From positions 1,408,001 to 1,472,000 of the forward strand of contig OX638351.1 in the NCBI GenBank assembly GCA_951813565.1: DNA of 64,000 bases, written 5' to 3'. Under the pieces are notes generated by a model. It did not search any database and was not told the DNA's origin. It was given only the letters and a program-made list of their open reading frames with translations. This document shows positions 47,084 through 56,880 of this stretch, one piece after another. Within the stretch, counting starts at the first letter, position 1; every line of letters starts with the position of its first letter. The stretch is from an uncultured Poribacteria bacterium. GTDB lineage: Bacteria; Poribacteria; WGA-4E; WGA-3G. The position numbers and the translations under genes were made by a program.

Positions 47084-47404
47084 CTACGCTTCGCTTTTCT
47101 TAACTTCGGTATTCTGTGGGGCGTACTTTAAAAATTCCAAATCCCTTAGATGTGGCTCAACTTCCGCCAGCTGTGAACGGATTTCCTGCAAATCCGCACC
47201 CATCTGCTTTAAATTAGATTCAACTTGCCTATAGGTTTGTTTCGAAGATTGTCTCAAGAAATACGATGCTCCCTGCCATATACCTAAAAACACAACAACT
47301 GCTATGCCACTAATAACAACCGTCGTAATAGTGGACATAACAGCGACGTATTTGAGTGTCAAAAAGAGCATCACCCCAAGTAATGTCAGTATTAGAAACG
47401 GCAT
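47084..47404 (-). CDS. Small membrane protein (2 TM plus coiled coil)
   Basis: 106 aa, hydrophobic N-half, heptad C-half, ggggg RBS. Confidence 0.6.
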   Translation of the reverse strand: MPFLILTLLGVMLFLTLKYVAVMSTITTVVISGIAVVVFLGIWQGASYFLRQSSKQTYRQVESNLKQMGADLQEIRSQLAEVEPHLRDLEFLKYAPQNTEVKKSEA

Positions 47405-47416
47405 ACAATTCCCCCT

Positions 47417-47626
47417 TTACTCGTTACCTTTAGCAATTTGGATAAGCTGTCTAACCTCTTTTTTCAGTGAGATTATTTCTTCCTGCATGTGGTTTACATG
47501 TTCCTGCAGGGCATCTATCTCACGTTGAGATGCTCCCTTTTCCAAACCTTCTGCCTTTTTAGCGTAGGAAAAAGACATCCAGGTGCACACAAGTATTCCA
47601 GCTACAATAATCAATGCGATTTCCAT
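47417..47626 (-). CDS. Small membrane protein (1 TM plus coiled coil)
   Basis: RBS ggagga, MEIALIIVAG..., heptad C-half; adjacent to the 47404 gene. Confidence 0.6.
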   Translation of the reverse strand: MEIALIIVAGILVCTWMSFSYAKKAEGLEKGASQREIDALQEHVNHMQEEIISLKKEVRQLIQIAKGNE

Positions 47627-47955
47627 TTTCAATTCCTCCAAATTTTTGTTGTGTTACAAAATAGAGACTGCAACGCGCGAAAGGATAGTAAAAAATGGAA
47701 AATCGGACGAAATTAATTGAGTGCGGTTCATAAATAGCCGATGTTAATATGCGCTTAAAGGTAGTAGGCACGCTCCGCGTGCCGTCCTCTACGCTAAGTG
47801 AGTCGTTACCGTTCAACCCTGTTCCGGTAAAAGCCTCAAGAAGGTGTTGGACAATCGCTACAAAAGAGATGTGAGTGAAGGAACGGGTTGATTGATAGAT
47901 ATAAAACTGCTTATCCGTACTCTTAAATTAGATGATAGGGTGCCTTACGTCATAT

Positions 47956-49416
47956 CTACTGCAAATCGCTTTTTAAAAAAGAAACCAGTGCGATAATAAA
48001 GAATAGCAGGTTAAACAGCACCAGCAACATGACTTGGGTTAACACGCTCCGATAAGAGATCTGCTCCTTAAAAACTGGCACAGCATCTGGATCCACCGGT
48101 TTCTGAGATAAGCCTTCTTTTACAGGATAGATATGTAGGCTTTTGGGATCACCCTGATCTTCTGTTTTGATGAAGTCTATGAACGTTTGACGATACCGAC
48201 GCGCCTGTTTAACAAAATTCATATAACTAACAATACCTGTATTTGCAAACCCTTCCATCGCATATTGGAAAGTCGCTATCGGAGAGATTTGGGTAAGGTC
48301 GCGAGCAAGCTGGACCTGCCTAAACTGCTGATCAATATGTCCATCATTAAAACGGGTTTTTGTCTCCATTTCTTTGGTGAGGTAAGTTGCCCAAAGAAGC
48401 GTTGCTTCGGGATTCTCAACAGAAGCTGCCTTGCTTAACTTAGAGGGTATATCTCCTGACCTACCAAAAGGATGGTATTCATCTCCAAGTTGCCTTAATT
48501 GTGCTTCTCGCTGCATGGACACCTCGTCAACCGAGGGAATAGGATTTATGTTGCCGACAAAAGTGCCAAGTAGACTCGGAAAAACAAACGCTAAGCAGAC
48601 CCAGGTGAGTAAAAGCCATACCAAACTTGTTATTGGATTTGAAACACGACTTGAGAAAAAGAGACCAAGGAAGATAAAAATAGAGATGTGTAACGCAAAC
48701 AATCCTATCATTCCCAAAATACATAGCCAATCCCTCGACTCAAACGGAATATTTTTTGAAATAAGGATAACCAGCAAGTTCATCAAGATGCCAATCATAA
48801 GCGGTACCATAAGTGTCACAAATGCACCGAGGTATTTCCCCAACAACACCTGCCCGCGCGATACTGTATTGGACATCATCAAACTTAGTGTCCCGCTCGC
48901 TCGTTCCCCAGCAATAGCATCAAAAGTGAATAAAATCGCAAAAAAACTCATCAGGATACCGATGAAAACCCAGTCGATTTTGATCCGTCGCATCCCAGTA
49001 CCGCCTGTATTTTGCAAAGGGTACTCTAATGTCCACGGGGCTTTCCACGCATAATCTTCAAATTCCTCATAACCGCTTCGACTGGCTGTTCCGGTATTCT
49101 GCATTTTGACAGAACGCGGAATTAATTTATCTGTCCCATCGGCACAAAATGTCAACCCGGTAGGGTGTCTTAGAATCTCACCAGGTCCTATCAGTGCTAA
49201 TTCCGCCAAACCCTTACCCGCTTGTTCTTTGATATAATCTCTATTTTGTTGTACATGGCGGTTGTAAGTATTGATTTGTGTTGTATAACCATCGCCGCCA
49301 AGACTATATATCAGTGCATTCGCCATAAACAGCACAGGCAGAAGGATGATCATCAAGGAAAATCGGAGCGTCGTGAGATTGTGGTATATCTCTTTCCTCG
49401 CAATGTGCCAAACCAT
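47956..49416 (-). CDS. ABC-2 type permease (subtype B)
   Basis: MVWHIARKE, IGPGEILRHP, FDAIAGERASGTLSL, SLHIYPVKEGLSQKPV. Confidence 0.88.
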   Translation of the reverse strand: MVWHIARKEIYHNLTTLRFSLMIILLPVLFMANALIYSLGGDGYTTQINTYNRHVQQNRDYIKEQAGKGLAELALIGPGEILRHPTGLTFCADGTDKLIPRSVKMQNTGTASRSGYEEFEDYAWKAPWTLEYPLQNTGGTGMRRIKIDWVFIGILMSFFAILFTFDAIAGERASGTLSLMMSNTVSRGQVLLGKYLGAFVTLMVPLMIGILMNLLVILISKNIPFESRDWLCILGMIGLFALHISIFIFLGLFFSSRVSNPITSLVWLLLTWVCLAFVFPSLLGTFVGNINPIPSVDEVSMQREAQLRQLGDEYHPFGRSGDIPSKLSKAASVENPEATLLWATYLTKEMETKTRFNDGHIDQQFRQVQLARDLTQISPIATFQYAMEGFANTGIVSYMNFVKQARRYRQTFIDFIKTEDQGDPKSLHIYPVKEGLSQKPVDPDAVPVFKEQISYRSVLTQVMLLVLFNLLFFIIALVSFLKSDLQ

Positions 49417-49434
49417 CTGCTTCAACTCCTCTTT

Positions 49435-50958
49435 TCAACTCAAATCATATCGTAGAAAGGATACATAAGCGACCATGAATAAGACGATATTCCATGCCAA
49501 TAGAATCAAAATATCCATCGACGCACGGGACAAGCTTTCGGAAAGGGAAAGCCGTTGATGTTGGAAAACGGGCAGATCGGTTAACTCAGCATCTCCCTTG
49601 TCATTAGAAAACCACGCGCGCGAAGAAAATGCCTTTTTATCTTTTAAATACTCAACAATCTCACGCTTATAGTTTCTTGAACCCGCAATAAAATCGTTAT
49701 AACGCTGTCGGTCTGTGCCTGCTATTGTGCCAACAGCGAAGTGATATGTGTCTGCAAAGGAGATACGGGAGAGAGCATCAGCAAACTTAGAATTCTTCTC
49801 TCGTGCCTCAGCGGGTTCTTTGAGAATTTCTTCCGCTCTATCCGCATATTCAACCCGAAGTTGCTCTTGATAGCCTAAAATTTCTTGGAAGATAGAAGTA
49901 TTGGCTTGGGCGACATTTGTGACACTATAACTCTCTGTTAAGAAATAACCTCCGAACATAGAACCACTGCCAACTCCTCTTGATGATGCCCCCGGTTCCC
50001 AAATAATTGACTTTTGCAGATCTTCGTAGCCTCTCTGTCTGCGATAGGCATCCCGATCTTTTTTAAATTGTTCCCATACATCAGCAGCAGGCTGGATCAA
50101 CGACATTTCAGATTTCACTGGATGCGGCGGAAATTTTTCCACTCCAAATGCCACGACATTTGAATGAACACTTGTGAGGATCACCCAAATAAACATGGAA
50201 AGGATCAGCGTTGTTGCGGCTTGTTTTGTCCAAACAGACAAGGCAAGTCCTAAAAGATACCACGTTGACACGTACAGCAGCGAAACACCGAATATCGTCA
50301 TGATGTGTAATATGTCGTTTCCATCAAAGACGATAACTGGTGAAGAAAACGCGAGCAACAGTGCCACAATTAAACTCACCAAAACAATTGGAAACAGAGA
50401 CAGCATCCCACCGAGATATTTCCCAAACACTATCGTATCTCTCGGTATCGCATTAGATAACACAAGTTTCAGTGTGCCATCTTCTCTTTCACCCGAAATC
50501 GTGTTGTAGGCAAACAGAATCGCTAACGCGCTCAGCACGATCTTGAAGATGAAAACCACATCCACGGTTAGGAACATCGCAAGGAATGGATTATCTGAAC
50601 CCCGTTTTTGCGTTGGTGCTTCCCAAATAGGGAAGTTGAATTCAAAGATAGGCTTTCCCAACTCAACGGTGACCGTATTGGCACCAGCGTTCTCCGCACC
50701 CACGTTAAAGATGCTAAACGGATTCGGCTTGCGGTGTGCCTTCGGCTTGATTTTGGAATAGAGTTCCCATTCCTGTGCTTCCGTCTCTGCCTCTCGGACA
50801 GCAGTGTTATATCCCGCCAAACGTTTTTCGTAGTCGTCTACCTGAACAAATACTGCGACAGCAGTTGAAAGCAGACACACAATAAGCCCAATCATGAATC
50901 GGGATGTTAAGATATTTGAGACGAATTCCCGTTGGATAATCAGCCAAAGTGTGGACAT
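49435..50958 (-). CDS. ABC-2 type permease (subtype A)
   Basis: KPNPFSIF, YNTISGEREDGTLKLV, FSSRAWFSNDKG...DLPVF. Confidence 0.88.
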   Translation of the reverse strand: MSTLWLIIQREFVSNILTSRFMIGLIVCLLSTAVAVFVQVDDYEKRLAGYNTAVREAETEAQEWELYSKIKPKAHRKPNPFSIFNVGAENAGANTVTVELGKPIFEFNFPIWEAPTQKRGSDNPFLAMFLTVDVVFIFKIVLSALAILFAYNTISGEREDGTLKLVLSNAIPRDTIVFGKYLGGMLSLFPIVLVSLIVALLLAFSSPVIVFDGNDILHIMTIFGVSLLYVSTWYLLGLALSVWTKQAATTLILSMFIWVILTSVHSNVVAFGVEKFPPHPVKSEMSLIQPAADVWEQFKKDRDAYRRQRGYEDLQKSIIWEPGASSRGVGSGSMFGGYFLTESYSVTNVAQANTSIFQEILGYQEQLRVEYADRAEEILKEPAEAREKNSKFADALSRISFADTYHFAVGTIAGTDRQRYNDFIAGSRNYKREIVEYLKDKKAFSSRAWFSNDKGDAELTDLPVFQHQRLSLSESLSRASMDILILLAWNIVLFMVAYVSFLRYDLS

Positions 50959-51182
50959 TATTTCCTTTTAATTAAAGACGCAATCTTGGTATTGAAACGT
51001 GCATAATCTTTATTTTGATGATATTTCAGATTACATGCTTTCTTTTAAAATCTTAATTTATGGTAGATTTTAGAATTAATTGGACAGCACTTAACGGTAG
51101 GAGGGAATTCCGATTCCCAACTATCAAAGCGTTTAGTCGCTATTCGGAGATCGCTCCTACAGTAAACGCACCTATTTTGCAT

Positions 51183-52082
51183 CTAACGGTCCTGAATCGT
51201 TGAGGATGGCGGTGCTATTTGGACATCTCCCGGAACAGGAGTTAAAACATCTGGAATTGGCGTATCGCTCAGTCGCAAGACCAAATCATGGCGGCGTTTC
51301 TCCGCAGAGATTTTGACCGTTTTGGATGTCGTCATGCCGCCGTTGTACTCCACAGATACTGTGGCAAATATGGGCAAATTCACGTATTTCACAAAGTACC
51401 CATCCGAATCTGTATGCGTTGGTGTAATACTTCCATTTCCGCTATTAACTCCATCAAAACTCCGATAGTTAATGTTAAACTTCACTGCAGCTTTGGCTAA
51501 TGGTGTTCCGTCCGCCAAAAGGACTTTGCCACGGATACGCATACGAGGAAGCACTTTTATTGTTATGTCTTTGATGTCTAATCCTGACTTGATGTATAAC
51601 GGAATACCACCCATAGATGACAATTTCTTTGATTCAACAAACCTTGCCCCAAAAATCGGACGAATTGGGTGATGTGATATTTTCAACTTTGGGGCATCAA
51701 TAGGCAAAAAACTTAAGCCCGCGACATCAATGGAGTGAATCTCGGTGTCTGCTTCAGAGGCACCTATTTCAGGAGATACCACGAATTGCGCGTGTCCGGG
51801 GAGAATATCGCTGATTTGAAAGTGTCCAGCAGCATCGGTTTTCAATTGATGTATCGGTAGTGGTGCCTGCCACATCTCACCATCAATAATATCAATTGGG
51901 TGAATGGCTAACCTGAACCCAGGAATCGGGTCGCCGTCCATATCAACAATTTGACCAGAGAGAGTACTTGTATTCTTCTGTGCAATATTGTGTGACGAAG
52001 CCACAAAAAGTGCCAGAATACCAACGAGAACAAGAATACTTGCGGGAATTGCAGAGCGTTGTTTGAAACTTGTAAAATTCAT
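51183..52082 (-). CDS. Secreted protein with two carboxypeptidase-regulatory-like (transthyretin-like beta-sandwich) domains
   Basis: 'LSGQIVDMDGDPI...TDAAGHFQI' and 'IRGKVLLADGTPL...TDSDGYF'; signal/TM N-terminus. Confidence 0.7.
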   Translation of the reverse strand: MNFTSFKQRSAIPASILVLVGILALFVASSHNIAQKNTSTLSGQIVDMDGDPIPGFRLAIHPIDIIDGEMWQAPLPIHQLKTDAAGHFQISDILPGHAQFVVSPEIGASEADTEIHSIDVAGLSFLPIDAPKLKISHHPIRPIFGARFVESKKLSSMGGIPLYIKSGLDIKDITIKVLPRMRIRGKVLLADGTPLAKAAVKFNINYRSFDGVNSGNGSITPTHTDSDGYFVKYVNLPIFATVSVEYNGGMTTSKTVKISAEKRRHDLVLRLSDTPIPDVLTPVPGDVQIAPPSSTIQDR

Positions 52083-52263
52083 AATTACTTCTCCTTTTAC
52101 GTGCATTTTATGGTAGATTTGAATTTATTTGGACAGTATCGCTCTGTGAATCAACGCTGAATGCACATAAGGCATTCAGCGTTGATTCACAGGAAATGTG
52201 TCCAATTATTTCCATATTTCACCATTAAATGGATTTTAACACTAAAATTGGCTTATGACGTTA

Positions 52264-52291
52264 AGTCGCGTTTTAAAGGAAAAAGGTTGCA
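52264..52291 (-). promoter_or_regulatory. Putative ECF sigma promoter
   Basis: Minus strand reads TGCAACCTTTTTCCTTTAAAACGCGACT, upstream of the 52082 gene and the following permease pair. Confidence 0.6.
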
Positions 52292-52340
52292 TAAAATGAA
52301 TTTTTGGGAAAATTTTATACTCGGTAGGTAAGGAGACAGA

Positions 52341-55322
52341 TTATTGGTTGTTTCCCAATATTCCTGACCAGATCGCACGTCGCGCATCCGTGCTGTCAGG
52401 TTTTTGGGTAATGGTAATATTAATACTCGCTGCTTCAAGAGGCGGTTTTCCGGGCATGCCGCCTAATGTAGTTGGTAGGGTAATTTTTTCACCTTTTCGC
52501 TCAAGGGTTAACTCTACGACATCACCTGATTTCCAGTCTTTTGCCGATCTTCTGACGTCTTCAAATGTCTTCACGGGTGTGTCGTTGATCGCAATAAGTT
52601 TGTCACCGTCTTGATACTTGGGCGATCGAAAAATAATCAGACTCCCCTCCTTCGTATTCCTGAGTAAACGAATGGACAACATCTCATTGAGAATATACCT
52701 AAGGTTCGGTAGTTTTTCACCAAATTCTATCTGTGCATCTACACCCGCGTTTTTAAGGTATTCTTCTAAAGGTAATCGCTCTGTGCCTGTTACATATTTA
52801 TTGAAAAATGATTCAAAATCTTTACCTGCAATTTGGCTGACGATCCTGATGACATCATTAATAGCGAACACGTTATCGGTAAGCCCAAATTCCTTATACA
52901 TCTGCTTCATCACATCGTCTAAGCTACTCCGATTTCGCGTTAGCGCGCGAATCTCTAAATCTAAAGCCATCGCAACGAGACTCCCACCGTCATAAACAAG
53001 TTCTCGGTTGGCAAATTTGTTTTTGCCTGCCTCTCGGATAGAACGTTTCCCTTGTTCTGATAAATATGATTCCGACGAACGTTTAAGATTTATAAGAAAA
53101 TCGTTTTCAGAAATAAGTCCAAGGCGAGTACAAACAACATTTGAATAATACGAAGTGAACCCCTCGGTAAACCAATATTCCTGTTTACCAGCCTCAGTGA
53201 ACCAATTTTCCGACTTGGCAAAATAAATGGCTTTTCCATTCCACATATAGCAAACCACGCCTGCCACTAAATTAGCCCAAAAACTTCTATTCGTTTCGTC
53301 TAATTCGCCTCCGATCAGAGCGGTGATGCTACGTCCTGATGCACCACCGCTGCGATATCCTTCCGCACCATAAGGGTTAGCGACAAACAGCATCCTGTCT
53401 TTCGGGGTACCCCCAAATACTTCTGTATACGCTTTCAGGATTGCTTCAATAGTACGCTGTATTTTATCCATAGATGCTTTAAAGCGTCCACCAATGGCAA
53501 GCACTATCTCCGCATCTCCAGATTTTACTATTCGTTCACAATGTTCACCAAGCACAAGATACGCATTCATCAAGTCGTCCTGATCTTTACAAACAAAACG
53601 ATGGTCTTCAGGTTCAATCCGCTCCCAAGCCGTTGAAACATGCCAATTATCAGGGACGTTAACTTGCAATTCAATATCTTTCACCTTACCCACGATAAAT
53701 AGGGCATATCCAGTCCAAAAGATGCAATCTTCTTGGGTGTACGGTGCTTCATCCCTGCCTGTAGGCCAATCCCGTTCATCATGGTTTAACAACGCTTTGT
53801 AGTACAACTTCACAGGTAAGTCATCCCGCGTTTCAACAACCCATTGTGTTTTGTCAATCTCTTCAACAGGTAACGTTTCTCCATTTACATCAGTAACTGT
53901 CAAGTCGCGAAGATAACGAGCATATCCATCATACAACCATTCAGTATCAAAGCGGCTCATGGATAACATCAGATGTTTTTTGCCGCTTTTAGCACCACTG
54001 CCAATTTTCGGTGTTAGGATACACTTGACTTCTGCTATGCGCGGTTCATCAGCATCTATTGTGACTTCATATCTTGCCGATGCAAGTTCCATCTGGTTTT
54101 CAAGATTCACTGGTTTACTGAAATTCCTGATGACGTGCCACTTCTCAAAAACTGCTTCGTCACGATAGCTATTTTGCCATCTGTATGTCCACTGCGTCCC
54201 GACTTGCACAGGGAGGTATTCTCCACCCTCAAGCGGAACTTCGTATTTAAACAATTCAGCTTCAGTTACGACACCGTTGGCGTGTTCATATCGCATCTTA
54301 ACAAGTCCAACACCCTTAGCGAACCATAAATAACGGGTGCCGTTAACAAGTGCATTCCGCAGTTCAGCATTTGTGCCTTCTACATCAGCATTTGTAAAAA
54401 CGGTTTTATGCTTCAGACATTTTTCAAATACCGCCGCCGACACTTCTACCCTTTCATAACCTTCCAAAGTCGTTTTTGCTTTTGATTTCCAAGCACCTTT
54501 TTGCTCCCAACTTTTTCCGATATTCATAGGAAACCTAAAAAGGTTAATCTTACCGTGGCTGACATAATGTAACAACATATACATTGGTGATGGATCACCA
54601 TCATCATGACCTCTTGTGCCAATACCGGAAGATGTGAAAACCTTATCGGTTCGGTTTAGACGGAAACCACCTTCTGCTAAATGCTCGCCACTTTCCGTTA
54701 CCGCAGTCGCTTGAATGCTAATGTATCGTGGTTCGCCTCTCAATAAATTAGGACTCAAATTTTCGCGAATCATTGACTCCTCCTTCTCCAGTCTCTTCCG
54801 TGCACGGTATAACCGACTCTTTACCGTGTTCAGCGATATGTCTAAACGCGCACTCACCTCTTCACAGGTCAAACCTTTGAAATAGTGTAGGACAATTACG
54901 GAACGTTCAGACTTTGGTAGTTTTTGGAGGAGATTTTCCACGACTTCGCGTAACCTGCTTGTTGATGCTTGTGTCTGCTCTTCTTCAAGATAGCGGACGT
55001 AGAACAGCCTTTCCAGTTCTGATTTTGGCATCGCATCTATAGATGGCATTGCAAGTGGCTTTTTTCGTATCCACTCTACGCACCGACGTTTTGCTATTAC
55101 GCGAAGCCACCCTAAAAAACGTTTGGGGTCTCGTAACGTTGGCAGGGAGTTAAAAGCATGGATAAAGGTGTCCTGCGTAACTTCTTGCGCTGCATGGAAG
55201 TCGCCGATTTCTTGCCATGCAAGAGAGTGAACCCACTTTTGATGCTTTTGCACGAGCGCAGTGAAAGCGTACTCATCTCCTGACAAGATGCGCTGAATCA
55301 GACCAACATCGTCATTTTTCAT
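52341..55322 (-). CDS. ECF sigma factor fused to a beta-rich middle domain and an M61 peptidase-like plus PDZ module lacking HExxH
   Basis: sigma2/sigma4 in aa 1-185; M61-like 'WNG...WFTEGFTSYY...VYDGGSLVAMALDLEIR...SLDDVM'; PDZ 'GDKLIAINDTPV'. Confidence 0.85.
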   Translation of the reverse strand: MKNDDVGLIQRILSGDEYAFTALVQKHQKWVHSLAWQEIGDFHAAQEVTQDTFIHAFNSLPTLRDPKRFLGWLRVIAKRRCVEWIRKKPLAMPSIDAMPKSELERLFYVRYLEEEQTQASTSRLREVVENLLQKLPKSERSVIVLHYFKGLTCEEVSARLDISLNTVKSRLYRARKRLEKEESMIRENLSPNLLRGEPRYISIQATAVTESGEHLAEGGFRLNRTDKVFTSSGIGTRGHDDGDPSPMYMLLHYVSHGKINLFRFPMNIGKSWEQKGAWKSKAKTTLEGYERVEVSAAVFEKCLKHKTVFTNADVEGTNAELRNALVNGTRYLWFAKGVGLVKMRYEHANGVVTEAELFKYEVPLEGGEYLPVQVGTQWTYRWQNSYRDEAVFEKWHVIRNFSKPVNLENQMELASARYEVTIDADEPRIAEVKCILTPKIGSGAKSGKKHLMLSMSRFDTEWLYDGYARYLRDLTVTDVNGETLPVEEIDKTQWVVETRDDLPVKLYYKALLNHDERDWPTGRDEAPYTQEDCIFWTGYALFIVGKVKDIELQVNVPDNWHVSTAWERIEPEDHRFVCKDQDDLMNAYLVLGEHCERIVKSGDAEIVLAIGGRFKASMDKIQRTIEAILKAYTEVFGGTPKDRMLFVANPYGAEGYRSGGASGRSITALIGGELDETNRSFWANLVAGVVCYMWNGKAIYFAKSENWFTEAGKQEYWFTEGFTSYYSNVVCTRLGLISENDFLINLKRSSESYLSEQGKRSIREAGKNKFANRELVYDGGSLVAMALDLEIRALTRNRSSLDDVMKQMYKEFGLTDNVFAINDVIRIVSQIAGKDFESFFNKYVTGTERLPLEEYLKNAGVDAQIEFGEKLPNLRYILNEMLSIRLLRNTKEGSLIIFRSPKYQDGDKLIAINDTPVKTFEDVRRSAKDWKSGDVVELTLERKGEKITLPTTLGGMPGKPPLEAASINITITQKPDSTDARRAIWSGILGNNQ

Positions 55323-55357
55323 GCCAATCCTCCAAAATAAATTGCCTTATAGTCTAT

Positions 55358-55386
55358 AGTCGTGTTTTAAGGGAGTAAAGGTTGCA
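55358..55386 (-). promoter_or_regulatory. Putative autoregulatory ECF promoter
   Basis: Minus strand reads TGCAACCTTTACTCCCTTAAAACACGACT, 35 bp upstream of the sigma start. Confidence 0.65.
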
Positions 55387-55611
55387 TAAAATGCAATTAC
55401 AAGACAAAATTTTGGGAAATAAATAGTTTTAGACCTGCAAAAAGGTCAGCATTTACTTAAACTGGATACAAACTGCTGTATGCTGCAGAAATCAGCGAAA
55501 CCAAGCAATTCCGAAATATTTAGTAATAAATGTGGACAAAATATCGTTATATCTGGTACAATACGTTAAATATAACGATTTGATTTCTTGATTGAGAAAG
55601 GAGGTGCAATT

Positions 55612-56880
55612 ATGGGATTGGCTGAAGTAGACACTAACCATGCTGTATTGCGCGCGACCGATGTTCCACATCCTTACCTACATACCATATTTGAAGTCAG
55701 TGATAAATATCTAAGACGCGTTTTCAATGAACAACAGTTGAATGATTTTAAAACTGATTGCCTCCATAACATTCAAGGAGATAGAGATTCGACCATAGAA
55801 CAGTTTATCAAAGCATACTACGATTTAGTGAAGAAAGAATATCAAAAACAATATGCTAATGCCGATCCATCTCTGAATCAAGATATTTTTTTTGAACCTC
55901 ACAGACCGAAAATGTTGTGGGGTAACTGCCTGGACTTTTTGCGGCGCATGGACAGCGAAAGCGTTCAGTTGATGATCACTTCGCCACCATATTACAACGC
56001 AAGAGATTATTCCCAGTGGGAAACTCTGGATGACTATTTGGATGAAATGTCCAGTATTATCAAGGAATGCTATCGGGTCCTGGACAATCATCGCCCTTTC
56101 GTTTTCAATGTCGGAGATATATTTGACAACGACAACAGACATACCAAATCGACTTGGGGAAAACGCCGAATACCTTTGGGTGCATATTTCACTATGATAT
56201 TTGAAGAACACGGTTTTCAATTTGTGGATGACTTCATCTGGGACAAAGGGGAAGTTCAGACTCAGCGACATAAGAATGGAAACAGACCTTACCCATTGTA
56301 TCAATATCCCGTCAACTGTTATGAGCATATTTTTATTTTCTACAAGCATCGGTTGGATGAAACACTTTATCCCTGTCCAGTATGTGGATGTCTGAAAATC
56401 AATGGGAATGCATACTCTGGAGTAGGTATCAAATCTTGGGAATGCAAGAATTTAGACTGTTTCAAGCGATCAGCAGGCAATCGCGGCAAACGTTTTTCTG
56501 CCCGTACGCAGTTGATGACGGGTTTGCAACGATCCCATAACTTTGTTGATGAAGATTTGCTGCGGCAATGGCGTCGCGATATCGTCAAATTAGCACCAGT
56601 AATCAAGATAAACAGCAAGGGTCAAAACACGCTTGGACATACAGCCCCCTTCCCACGCGAAATTCCCGAATACGCAGTTCGGGTGTTCAGTGGTATAGAG
56701 GAATCTGTCCTCGATCCTTTTGCAGGTTCATTCACGACCACAATAGAATCATTGAGGTTAGGACGAAATAGTATTGGAATAGAACTGAATAGAACATTGT
56801 TTAGAGATGCCGTCCTGAATCGGATCCCAGGTGGTCTCTTTACTACGGAACCGAAAGAGGTGGAAAGTGAATGGATCTGA
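55612..56880 (+). CDS. Site-specific DNA methyltransferase (N4-C/N6-A, beta-type order)
   Basis: TSPPYYN precedes 'HTAPFP...VLDPFAGSFTT'; RBS aggagg then ATG 55612. Confidence 0.9.
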   Translation: MGLAEVDTNHAVLRATDVPHPYLHTIFEVSDKYLRRVFNEQQLNDFKTDCLHNIQGDRDSTIEQFIKAYYDLVKKEYQKQYANADPSLNQDIFFEPHRPKMLWGNCLDFLRRMDSESVQLMITSPPYYNARDYSQWETLDDYLDEMSSIIKECYRVLDNHRPFVFNVGDIFDNDNRHTKSTWGKRRIPLGAYFTMIFEEHGFQFVDDFIWDKGEVQTQRHKNGNRPYPLYQYPVNCYEHIFIFYKHRLDETLYPCPVCGCLKINGNAYSGVGIKSWECKNLDCFKRSAGNRGKRFSARTQLMTGLQRSHNFVDEDLLRQWRRDIVKLAPVIKINSKGQNTLGHTAPFPREIPEYAVRVFSGIEESVLDPFAGSFTTTIESLRLGRNSIGIELNRTLFRDAVLNRIPGGLFTTEPKEVESEWI

